A program made the translations under genes and the position numbers. A stretch of DNA of 64,000 bases from Podarcis pityusensis (taxonomy: Eukaryota): the NCBI GenBank assembly GCA_964106645.2, contig OZ067043.1. The stretch is one strand, 5' to 3'. The notes beneath the pieces are model-generated. The model saw nothing but the letters and a program-made list of their open reading frames with translations. It had not been told where the DNA came from and made no database searches. Of this stretch, positions 25,901 to 36,889 are shown in pieces; within the stretch, counting starts at the first letter, position 1, and each line of letters begins with the position of its first letter.

Positions 25901-27832
25901 AAGCCAGAGGGTTTAAATATGGTTATTGACTTGGGGGGGGGGTATATAAAACTCTTTGCAGGCACAGTAAAGGAAGACTTTGCAAGGTAAGCATAATTTT
26001 CTTTTAAATTCTGGAAAGCGATTCAAAAAAAGAAAAAAAATGTTCCTTCTGTAAGGCGCTTTCACCTTCCTCCAGCACATGGTAAGCAGAAAAGCACAGT
26101 TCTGAAAAAGAATTTGTTCCAACTGAACTGCAATATGGATTGATGGTAATTCAACTCTTCCATTCAAACTTACAGTTTCTTTCCTGAAGCCACATGTGCA
26201 ATATATGTTTAGTTTATTTGCATAACCCACCCCAACCATCTTTAAAGTAAAACAAAACAAAACAAAAAACTCCGGACTGAATTCACATGACAGGCAACTA
26301 ATCAACATAAAGAACTATTTATTTCTTGTGCTTATTGAGCAGAATGTTTCAAAGCAACCAAAAAAACAACCTAAATAACTCTGAATTCATAAATCCTTCA
26401 GCTAGTGATATATTGGATGGAAAAATAATATTTCGCGTTGGAGGAAGTGGCTTTGAGTCGGAAAACACACTTGAGTTCCAGTAATCTGTAGGATGCTGTT
26501 AAATTTGAAGCAGTTTCCAAACCTTTTTTTTTTTTTTAATGGCTGTTACTGAAACCCCACTCTTCAAAATGAATGAATGGAGCTGGTCCAGTACATTGGC
26601 TGTAGACCAGTCTTTAAAATACAGCAGAACAATGAGCACCCGAATTCGCAGCCAGCTGGTATCATGCTTGGGCAGTGAAGGTGTCAAAATATTAGTGACT
26701 TTTTTCATTTGTCAAACTCATTGCCAATATGGGGAAAGCATGGGCAGCTTGCAAATGTGAATCTTGCACCGATGCCATTTGGAAATCTTGCCTTAAGAAT
26801 ATGCATTCAATATCTTTATTTTATACAGTGCCCTAAGTCTGGGGAGAGGGGAGGCAAAAATAAAATATATTTTACTTGGAAGATAAAAGTGGTTATTGAT
26901 TTATTGTCAAACATCAACAACTAATTTATTATAGTGGTTCTGTTTGCCCTGCAGTAAAAATGGATCCATCAGCATTCTTGTCCTTAATTTTCTGGGGTCT
27001 AGTAAGTCAACCATTCAATTCACCTTAGAACTTAGTATGCGAGGTCACAGGGTGTGAGTAAATATATCTATACAAAATGTAGATTGTGGGGAGCAGGGAG
27101 AGAGCAGAGCGTGTAGAGAAATGTTTGCCTATATTTCAGTTACAAGAGGGAAAATAAACATATGTTAGTGGTGTCTGACACTCTTTCTGCTCCAATAATT
27201 TCTAAAAATGTATGTTTTTCATTTAAACAAAAAAATATGTTATTTTCATTTGGAACATCTTGTAAAGTCCACGCACACCCTGACTTTCAAACTAAAATGG
27301 CTACTGTGGCAGTTATTTCACCATGATAAAAATTCGGATTTGAAAGTATTGATAATTAAATAGATCATATATTGTGTTCTTTAATTTCCTTAATATATTC
27401 ACACCTGATTAAAATCCATTGTTTTGAGTTGCATTTTGATTGGATTCATCCCCACCAAATGGAGCATTTTTGGGTACAGAAGTGTTCAATGTGTAACTAC
27501 TGTGCTTCAAGCAATCAGATCAATTCCAAAACAATCAATGATTTGCTTCTGCTTTCCCCCTTCCACCACTTCAGTCTTGGAGCAATGGATTCCATGGATT
27601 CCAGGTGCTTACCCAGAGTTCAGTTTCCTCAGAATAAGGGGCAGCAGCAGAGACTGCGGTGTCTTCATGATATATGGTTTGTTTGCATATAAATACAGCC
27701 TGAGCCTATGATAGAGGGGCTCACAGCATTAACACCCCAAGAAGGTCTTTCTTCTTCCATAGCCACAGCCTTGGATCCCAGCAGAAATCAGGCATGGTTC
27801 TGTCTCCCAGCTCCCCAGCCTTGCTTCTAGCT

Positions 27833-28441
27833 CAGGGGTAGGCAACCTAAGGTCCGTGGGCTGGATGCGGCCCAATCGCCTTCTGAATCTGGCCCGTGGA
27901 TGGTCTGGGAATCACCATGTTTTTACATGAGTAGAATGTGTCCTTTTATTTCAAATGCATCTCTGGGTTATTTGTGGGGCCTGCCTGGTGTTTTTACATG
28001 AGTAGAATGTGTCCTTTTATTTCAAACGCATCTCTGGGTTATTTGTGGGGCCTGCCTGGTGTTTTTACATGAGTAGAATGTGTCCTTTTATTTCAAACGC
28101 ATCTCTGGGTTATTTGTGGGGCCTGCCTGGTGTTTTTACATGAGTAGAATGTGTCCTTTTATTTCAAATGCATCTCTGGGTTATTTGTGGGGCCTGCCTG
28201 GTGTTTTTACATGAGTAGAATGTGTCCTTTTATTTCAAATGCATCTCTGGGTTATTTGTGGGGCCTGCCTGGTGTTTTTACATGAGTAGAATGTGTTCTT
28301 TTATTTAAAATGCATCTCTGGGTTATTGGTGGGGCATAGCAATTCATTCTTCTTCTCTTTTCCCCAAAATATAGTCCGGCCCACCATATGGTCTGAGGGA
28401 CGGTGGACCGGCCCACGGCTGTAAAAGGTTGCTGACCCCTG
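27833..28441. mobile_element. hAT (Charlie-like) non-autonomous DNA transposon
   Basis: TIRs CAGGGGTAGGCAACCT / AGGTTGCTGACCCCTG; perfect 8-bp TSD TTCTAGCT at 27825-27832 and 28442-28449. Confidence 0.9.
27918..28335 (+). repeat. 71-bp minisatellite, ~5.9 copies, inside the hAT MITE
   Basis: Unit TGTTTTTACATGAGTAGAATGTGTCC...GGGGCCTGCCTGG starts at 27918, 27989, 28060, 28131, 28202 and 28273. Confidence 0.95.
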
Positions 28442-29149
28442 TTCTAGCTTCTACTTTGCACACACCTCAACTCTGACTTTTGTATTTCTAACTACCAGCA
28501 AGTTGAGGGAGAGGACCCATGCTTTGACTGCCTGGCCCAGAGCCACATCCTTTGTTATGTTAATGGACCATACTTGCAGGGCCATTACCAAGAAACTTGT
28601 CTGGCTATTTCAATAATTTGAATCCTGGCTTAGATTTTAACCTTGCTGGATCCAGGAATTAGAAGAGGTCTTAGGCATACAGCATACCCCCACCCACCCA
28701 AACTAATAAATATATTTATATAAGTTTTGTTCCACCGCCCAGTACACCCACTCTAGTTTCAGGACGAAAAAGATTGACACAACTTTGGAACAGAATGACA
28801 ATCTAGCAAGACATAAACTAAAATAAACCTAAGCCACTGGTCATGTGACATATTCTTTTTTTTTTAATCTCTATTGGAGACATTTGAAGTTAGTTACTCT
28901 CTTAAATATCTAAAGCATTTCTTAGAAAATTTAGATTTGACCATGTTGCAGTTCTTGAATTATCCCATGCATGGGGATAGGACAAGCCAGGGGTCATGAG
29001 TATGACCCATGGGTACCATGAGCACATGGAGACCTCTTGGCGGCGTTGGTCAGAGAGAGGGAGAGAGAGGGGATGAGAGTGTTGAACTTGACATTAGGAA
29101 AGGGTTGAGTAATCTGACAGAAGACAGCCCTGCCCCAACAGTGCTGGAC

Positions 29150-29490
29150 ATCCCAGCAGCAGAGGGACAGCTGCTTGAACTCTGTCCCGCGGTAGTATGC
29201 AGAGAAAACAGGATGTCCTAGGAGGTTTGTTGTCTTCCAGGTGCAAAGATTCAAGATGTGACAGAGAAGTTGCCAAAACCCACTGACCACAACCCCTTCC
29301 TTCTTATCCAGGTGGGTACAAATAATACTGCCACACACAGCTTTCAACATATAGCAAGGGACTATGGTACTCTGGATAGGAAGCTGAAGGGCCTTGGGGC
29401 ACAGGTGGTTTTTTCTTCACTCCTTTCTGTGAAGGTCATGGCTCAGGAAGAGAGAGGAAAACACTGGAAGTAAACCACTGGTGTCATCAG
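29150..29490 (+). mobile_element. CR1 LINE ORF1 fragment (SGNH esterase domain), decayed
   Basis: EVCCLPGAKIQDVTEKL...PFLLIQVGTNNTA...DYGTLDRKLKGLGAQVVFSSLL matches the CR1 ORF1p esterase motifs. Confidence 0.8.
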
Positions 29491-32400
29491 AAAAGAGTTG
29501 GCTTGCACACTAGCTGAATCCTACCTGAGTGGAGCCCAGAGTTTGCAACCAGTGTCAACAGCAGATGAAACTGACCAGTGATCTTACTTAGTAGAAGGCA
29601 GCTTCCTGTCTTCCTTTGCATGAAGAGCTCTGCATGTCTTTGCTTGTGTGTGCATTGTGTGAGAGGGTGTAGAATGGGTAGGGCAATGAAGTCCGCATGG
29701 TGCGGCATGCTGATTAGTCCCTTCTCTTTGTGGCCAAGATGGAAACATCACCTTGCTATCAAGACTGGTATGTGTGGCAGTTTTTAAAGATGATGTTGGT
29801 GTGTTTGTTCTATTTTGTTTCTATAGTTATTGTTGCGATGCTGACGTTCGTCAGATTGTGACTAGATTCCGTCACCATTTGCTCTAGCGTAACGGGACCC
29901 AAGGATTGCTCTGCTTGCATTCACTTGGAATTTCTCTCTTTATGTGTGTGAACATTTTCAAAGCCCAGTGGACAATGTACCTTTTCCTTCTTTATGACTA
30001 AGTGCTGTAAACCATGTCTGAGCCTTCCTCTGCTACGTACCATATTTTCATCCTCTTGCAACAAAATGTTCTCCTCCTAAGCAAAACAATTTCATTCCTC
30101 ACATTTCCTTCAAAATGCCTTTCATTTTCTATCTTGCCTGATGGAAAAGAAAGAGTATGCCAAGTGTCACTGACCTTAACTCTCCTGAATCAAACATATC
30201 TGATGTGATATATAGGAATCTTTGATGTGTGGATATGCTAATCAGTTAAGAAATGTCAAATTTGCATATATTTCAAGTGACCCAACAATATTTACCTTAG
30301 AGCAAAGTTTCATATTTTTCTGACAATTGCAGCGTTGAACAAGTGACTCATTTAGCATATTTAAGTAGCATGATGTCGCAAGAATTTACCAAAGAGTTGT
30401 TTGAAAGCATCAAAAAGATGAACATCACTGTCTGAAATTAACAAGAAGACTAATTTGATTTGACAATGATGTTGATTTCATTAGGGTCACTAGCTATTGA
30501 AGAGGCTGAGGACAAATAGTGCCTTGAAGCCCTGATAAAACTGAATATTTAAACAGTTCATTATGCAAATTTGCCCTCTACCTGTCAGTAGTAACTAAAG
30601 TGTAGGGTTAGAATGCTGGAGATGTATAGAGTTAGAATGCTAGAATATATCAGTACCTGGCTGTTGTCGTTTGTAAAAGTTACACTTATATTGTCATTAT
30701 ATAAGTGTTTCAATGACCAAATAAGTATAGAGTTTGGTTCTATTTTCTATAACCAAAGTATAGAAAATATAACATCACCAACCCAAACAGTTAGTACCTG
30801 GTAGGTTGTAAAGCAACTTCTTCAACCTGTTTTAAACTGAATTAATCTTTGCATTATCTGAGAGTTATGCTTAGTTGACTTCCATTGAATTATATCCATG
30901 GCTATACATGAAAACAAACTGATAAACTAATTTTCATGTAGTCAGCAGTGCAGCAGTACATTTTGAAGCGCAGGCACTCATTGTGATGCCCCGCCACTAC
31001 CCAATAGTAGAAGTTTGTTGCATAATAACCCATTCATTAGGATCAATTGGCAGTCACATAATAGATCAGGCATGGGGAACCTCTGATTCAAGGGCCACAT
31101 TAGGCCATCCAGGGGTCCTAATTGGGTCAGGGATCTTTTACTTCAGCCATGTTCACCTGCCCCACAACTGATTTCAGCTGTGGGACAGGTATAGTAATGG
31201 CTGCAAAAGAGCGATCAAAAATATTGTTCCTCTGCAAGCAGGGCTTGCATTAAGCACCTTTTAAATTTAGCTTGGCTCAGCTCCACTCGGGAGCTCTCAG
31301 CCATAACTCCCAATCCCTGCTGCATCTGGGCCTTGCATTTAGCATGGGATTTAAATTCAGAATTGATTGCAAGCCAAACGGGGTTGACTCCATTTGGGAG
31401 CTCACGATTGGAGCTGCTAAGTGGAGCTGATCCCTTCCACAAGTGGGTCTTGTACTCTTCCTTTGAGGACACAGCTCATTCCAATCTACAACTGCAAAGG
31501 AAGAAAGGGAAGAACCAGGAGCACACTCCCAATTCCGTCCTTTGAAGTGGATGCATTTGAAGTAGATGCCTTTTGATACTTTTTTTTTTTTACCAAGTTC
31601 TGCACTGGAAGATGCAGGAAATGTGAGAGCTAGTGGCTAATGAAGTTCCCATTAACCCTGTAGTCCAGAAAATGTGGATCAGTTTATTTTGCACTAGAAT
31701 TTGTAGATAATTGATTATTTGAATAGTTATAGGCCATAGTCATGAAGGGGAAATTAAAAGGATCTATTCATGCTTGTGTAACATGGTGTGAAATGTACAC
31801 TTTTAATCCTCCAGAGATAACACAGGCATTCAGTTCCACATTTTATGAAGTTCCTGAATTAGGAAGGAAGTGTATATATAGAGAAATATGGCTGTATTCA
31901 ATGTAACACTATGTTAAAGTAACTTCAGGGTATGCTTGGTCTGCTGGTAACTTTGTTAAACAATAGAGTCTAGACTCTAGACTGTGCAATCTGTTGCATA
32001 TTATAAGTTTCTGCTATTACAACTGTTACATTGGAACCCTTTTGCTGTGCAACATTAAAACTCACCAATCTACTAGCTCAAAGGCTCTTGAGTTGATGGG
32101 TTGGATGCAGCCCATTATGTCTAAATTGAAATGGCTGGAATCATTCTAATGTACCAACCCAGCTAAAGCAAGTTATTTACCACCTCTCAATGGGACTTTA
32201 GTATGACTAACTTTCATTAACTGAGGCCAGTGTCTCCATTTTTATCATGAAGAGGAACAGTGGGAACTGTGGAGTAATATGAGAACCAACAGTACTGATG
32301 ATTTTTTTTTTAAAAAAAAATTAACGAATATCATTCTATGGACTGGGTAAGTGCCATTTTCATTCCTGAATTTTGAAAAATGTGTAGACTGTGAGAATGC

Positions 32401-32731
32401 TCCCCCACCTGCCCCCAGAATATGTTGGAACAAAAACTAGAAGTGATTAGTGTTTGACATGGTCATTTATCATGTCCCAAACTGAATTGGCTATTAATTC
32501 TGAAAGCATAACAAAAACAGAATGAACTGAGTGTTTAACAAAATTGCAAGTATTATTCAATTATGACAAAATATTAGATTGGCAGCCTCAAAAACCTGAT
32601 ATATCACTGTGCCACGTGCAACCCTGAAACAGAAGGGAATGCTTGAATGATGTAGATCAAGAATGGAAGCCTGACTGAGGGCCAAACCACATAAGATCCA
32701 AGAGAACTATTATTAAATCTCTTGGTAGGCA

Positions 32732-32734
<3 letters not shown>

Positions 32735-32776
<42 letters not shown>
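32735..32776. repeat. (GT)n microsatellite
   Basis: Perfect dinucleotide run. Confidence 0.95.
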
Positions 32777-32779
<3 letters not shown>

Positions 32780-35700
32780 AAGTGCTAAGCAAGTACAGGG
32801 GACTCTGAATTTAACTGGAGCAATAGTGGTAGCAGAGGGACTGTTCCATTTTACCTATCAAAATCCATCCACATAGCTCTGAAATGGTTGAACACCCCTC
32901 CCCTAATATCACCAGTCTGATCAAATTTGGAGCCCCTTTCTCCTGCTATAAAGATTGATTAAAAAGAATTTCAATAATGGATAGTCGATATCACATGGGT
33001 TGTAGCCCTATAGAAGTCTTTGGAAACATCTACAGAGCATAATGCAGATTTCATGGATATTCATTTCAATGGTCTATGTATGCCCAGTCTTGATAGGAGC
33101 TAGCGACAAAAATTAAGCTACTTCTACCCAAAGTATCAACTTATATAGAACTGGATCCAGAATTTGCTCCTGCCTGTGGTAGAATGCTCTGAATGGAGCT
33201 CAGCTCAGCATGCTACCAGAAGTAGAAAGGGAAGGATGTGATTTTGGCCAATTTCTCCTTTCCCCTGCAGCCCCCAGTACCACCTCCCATACCATTCCAG
33301 AGTCTGGGCGCAACCCTCCAGGTCAGATCTGAACCTTATTCTTACACTGGGCTCTGCAATAAATTTTGATACTCTTTTTTAATGTACGGCACCATGTTTT
33401 GAAGTATGCCCTTGAAATATAAAACATAATGGTGAGTTGGCCAAAGCTGACCCCATTAGCCTTGCTGAAGCCCAATTTTTAAAAAAGCACTTCTTTCTTA
33501 CTCTTTGTACTCGTTGCTTTTTGGCATGCAATCTGAAAAAATAGATGCAACTGGGTGCAGTATCTGTTACGCAGCCATGAATTCACAAGGCTGTGGGATT
33601 AGGTGTGTTGAATTTGCCTTAAGAATGCTTCATATTCGCTCTTTGTATCCACGGGCATTTTTTCCAGTGGATTTTAGGCCATTTGAAGCTAGCGCAAAAC
33701 TGGTCAACATGCCAAAACCATAGAGGGGGACGTGCATGTTGACTTCATAATTTTAAAATGTAACACAGCTACATATTTTTTCCAAAGGTGCACTTGAACA
33801 GAGAGTTCTGTATACAAAGAGGATGATGTTGAGCCAGCTTTGTCTGAGTCAGTGGGGAAAGGAAGAAGGTTTCAGCTGCACACTTTCACTTACACACTCT
33901 TAAGGTTGTTGTTTTTTTCTGTTTAGGGGTTCTTCTATGCTCTTTTTCTTGTGGAGTTTCAACAATCCATACAAAATAAACTCTTCCGCCAGTAAACCAT
34001 TTCTGAATGACTGTATCCACCTCTGTGCCTTAGCAGTAAGGTAGGTTAACATTGAAAACCGGGAACACACACGGCAGTGCTTTTTGCCTACATCTAATTT
34101 CTCAGATCCACGCAGCAAAACAACATCAGAAATTCTTCCAGCGGTTTTGAAGCTGGTCAAGCATGACCTAAATCTACAGGCAAAGCTCCACTGAGTGTTT
34201 ACTGCAGCAGAAGCGATGCCAATTGCTTTTCCTCTTTGTCTGACATTGGAAAGCAGATCAGCCAAGACAACATTGGCCTGCCAGTGAGTTTAACAAGTCG
34301 CTGGTGTCGCTGGTGTTTGGCCTCCCTCACATAAACACAGACCTTAGGTGACTTTCCCAAGAATTGCCGTGGTCATCCACACTTTGGGAGTCCGTTACAA
34401 CATTTTCACTTTCCTGCCTAATAATATCTTTCTTCTTTTAAAAAATAATTCTGATCCAATGGAATGGTCCCAAAGTATTTGCTACATAGTCCCATCTAAA
34501 GGACACCATTTTTATGCCAGATATACGGCTTGGTCCTATCTATTGGCAAAAAATTGCACATTATCACATGTAAGGTTTTCAAAGGGCTGATCTCTTGCAC
34601 AGCTTGCAAGTCAGTGACCTGCTTGCGAGGTTCCTGTTTGGGAATTTCAAAGCGACAGATTACCATGTGAAAAGCTGCACATGAACTTAGATTACATGAA
34701 AAATCAGCTCCTGCAATGCATTTTTGACATGCTTTTTATTTTTGGTTTTGGTTTTCCCTCAGCTATACAATCAATGAATCAGAATAATAAAGGGGAAAGG
34801 GGAAATTAGCAGTTTCATGCAGTTCAATGAAAGAACAAAACTAAAGTGGGGAAGGCATTTGGTGAGGGAGGGAGAGAGGAAAGGAGAAGAATAGGCTCCA
34901 GCAGAGCCTACTGTGAGTAGGTACTGAGGAGTATGTTCCTTCCATATCGAGAACACCAGCATTTTGGCCACCAATAGGATGCACAAAGTCCAATTATGGT
35001 GCCCCTCCATCAAGCCCACCACAGTGGATTATGTTGGAATACCACATGAGTTTATGAGACTCTTGGGGATTTTCCAAGGATCAAGTTAACATAGCCAATG
35101 CTATGGGGTTAACTAAATAGTGTGGCTCAGTTGCTGAAAAGATGGATTGATGTCACCCCTCTGTAGCAGCCTCACTGTGTAAGCTTGGGGTGGTCATTAT
35201 TTCTTGGCTTTTATGCTTACCTGTAAAATAAAAATCTTACTAACCCACATCACAGAATTCCTGTGAAGTTAAGCAAGAATATAGAGCTCACAAAAATTCT
35301 GTAAAAAAATTAAATGGTGGAATTGTTAATTTAAAATATTTTGGAGCTTAAAGATGACAATTGTTGGGTGCTAATCTTTGTTTAAATCGCTTCCTCTTTG
35401 TTTGCATACCATTGGCGAGAATCATGATAATTTTAGACACAGATCTTACTGACAGGCTATACTGGCAGACATGAGTGTTGTCTCCAAAGAAGATGCACAT
35501 CAATAGGCAAAATCTACAAGTTGTCACTGTGCCCAGACTTTTTACTTGTCATTGTAAGGAAATTATTTTGACTGGGCTGTATTCCTGAAGGTCAATGCCA
35601 AGGTTACTTATTTGTTTTTACGCCATCAGTCGTGGGTGGACAATTGCTGGAAGACTTGTCTTCTTTGCCAAATATCTTCTGCATGGTGCCATCCTGCACA

Positions 35701-36019
35701 TTCCTATTCTTCAATGGGTGGCCTCTGAGCCACACAGAGTCTGTCCATTCTTTCGAAGAACCTTGCTAAGTTCTAACTCTTTTTCTTATCAGTTCCACCA
35801 TGCCCCTCTCTGTGTCTTGCCAATTTGAATCAGTGTCTCAGTCCTGGACACTGTGGTTCTTTAGACTAAAATGCAAGCCTGGGGTACAGATAGCTTCCAA
35901 AGAAAAGCAAACTTTCCAAATTGTACCTGACTGCAGAGGAGGTGGTAATTCTAGGACATCTATTCCTGGGGTTGAGACCATGTCTGACCACAGCTCTACT
36001 TACCCATAATACCTGAGTC

Positions 36020-36105
36020 AGGGAAGACTGTGCATGAGCTGGACTGCTGTCTGGGTGCAGTGGTAGACTGAATGAGATCTAATAAACTGAGCTTGAACCC
36101 AAATG
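36020..36105 (+). mobile_element. L2 LINE RT fragment, decayed
   Basis: LDCCLGAVVD*MRSNKLSLNP resembles the L2 motif CL..V..WM..NKL.LNP.K. Confidence 0.5.
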
Positions 36106-36450
36106 TATTATATTCCTGCCTGATCACTGAGGTCTTTGGGGGAGTCACTGTTAGTAATAGTTTTCTCCAGTGGCTTGCATTCACCAGGAGCCATGTGTTT
36201 AGTATTCTAGGCCCAATTTTATGGAACTTGAGTCTGATAGGCCCTCCTTCCTACTGAACTTCCAGTACCTCCTGAAGTACTTAACTTCTAGCAGGCATTT
36301 TAACTGATGTTTGTTTTTTTAAGGCTTAACTGATTTTTATTTTTGTGTTCTATCCTTGCAAGAGACTAATATAGTTAAGTGGTATATAAATGGTTAAATA
36401 GTGTGTACATTGTTTAAAACAAGCAATCAAAGTAACCCTTATATGTGTTT

Positions 36451-36875
36451 TGTTGGGTTTGGAACTTAACTGGTTAAGTTGTTCCCATGATGCCTCAGCA
36501 TTCTGACGTCAGCTTTCGAAGCTGGGAGGAGCTGGGAGGAGCTGGGAGGAGTTACGTTTCTGTTCCTCTCTGGTCTCTGAGAGAGAAGGTCGCAGTTTGG
36601 CATGGCTGCGGTGAGCCCAGGAGATTCCTGGGGAATGTCGGAATAAAGAACTGATATTAGACAAACCTGGACTCTGTGTGTGTTTGTCTGAAGCTAAGTG
36701 AAGCTACGTGACAGTTTTCACCGCTGTGTTCAACTCTGCTGAGGCGTGACTGGAGAGCTACTGGAGACGGAGCTGAGTGGCGCAGCTCGGAGGAAGCGCG
36801 CCGGGCATAAAGAGCTAATTGTGGATCGTAAATCAATTAGCGGGGGTCACGCCAAACCAATCAATCAATTCCACA
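36451..36875 (+). repeat. 5' LTR
   Basis: TGTTGGG...TTCCACA; CRE palindrome CTGACGTCAG 36503-36512; 3x GCTGGGAGGA 36521-36550; AATAAA 36642-36647. Confidence 0.95.
36771..36841 (+). ncRNA. Initiator tRNA-Met-like cassette in the LTR U5 region (not a canonical tRNA gene); second copy at 39267-39337
   Basis: AGCTGAGTGGCGCAGC(TCGGA)GGAAGCGCGCCGGG--CATAA---AGAG...TGGATCGTAAA aligns colinearly to recalled vertebrate tRNAiMet AGCAGAGTGGCGCAGCGGAAGCGTGCTGGGCCCATAACCCAGAGGTCGATGGATCGAAACC. Confidence 0.65.
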
Positions 36876-36889
36876 GGTTATGGACCCTT
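36876..36889 (+). promoter_or_regulatory. Primer-binding site, copia half-tRNAiMet type
   Basis: GGTTATGGACCCTT directly after the LTR, versus canonical copia PBS GGTTATGGGCCCAG (complementary to the tRNAiMet anticodon region). Confidence 0.8.

Noticed and set aside
27918-28335. CRISPR-like array
   Set aside because: Head-to-tail 71-bp units with no unique spacers, inside a hAT MITE in vertebrate DNA; no cas genes.
36771-36841. Functional tRNA-iMet gene
   Set aside because: 5-nt insertion in the D region, anticodon stem partly deleted, no canonical acceptor pairing and no adjacent T-run terminator; reported as a tRNA-like cassette instead.
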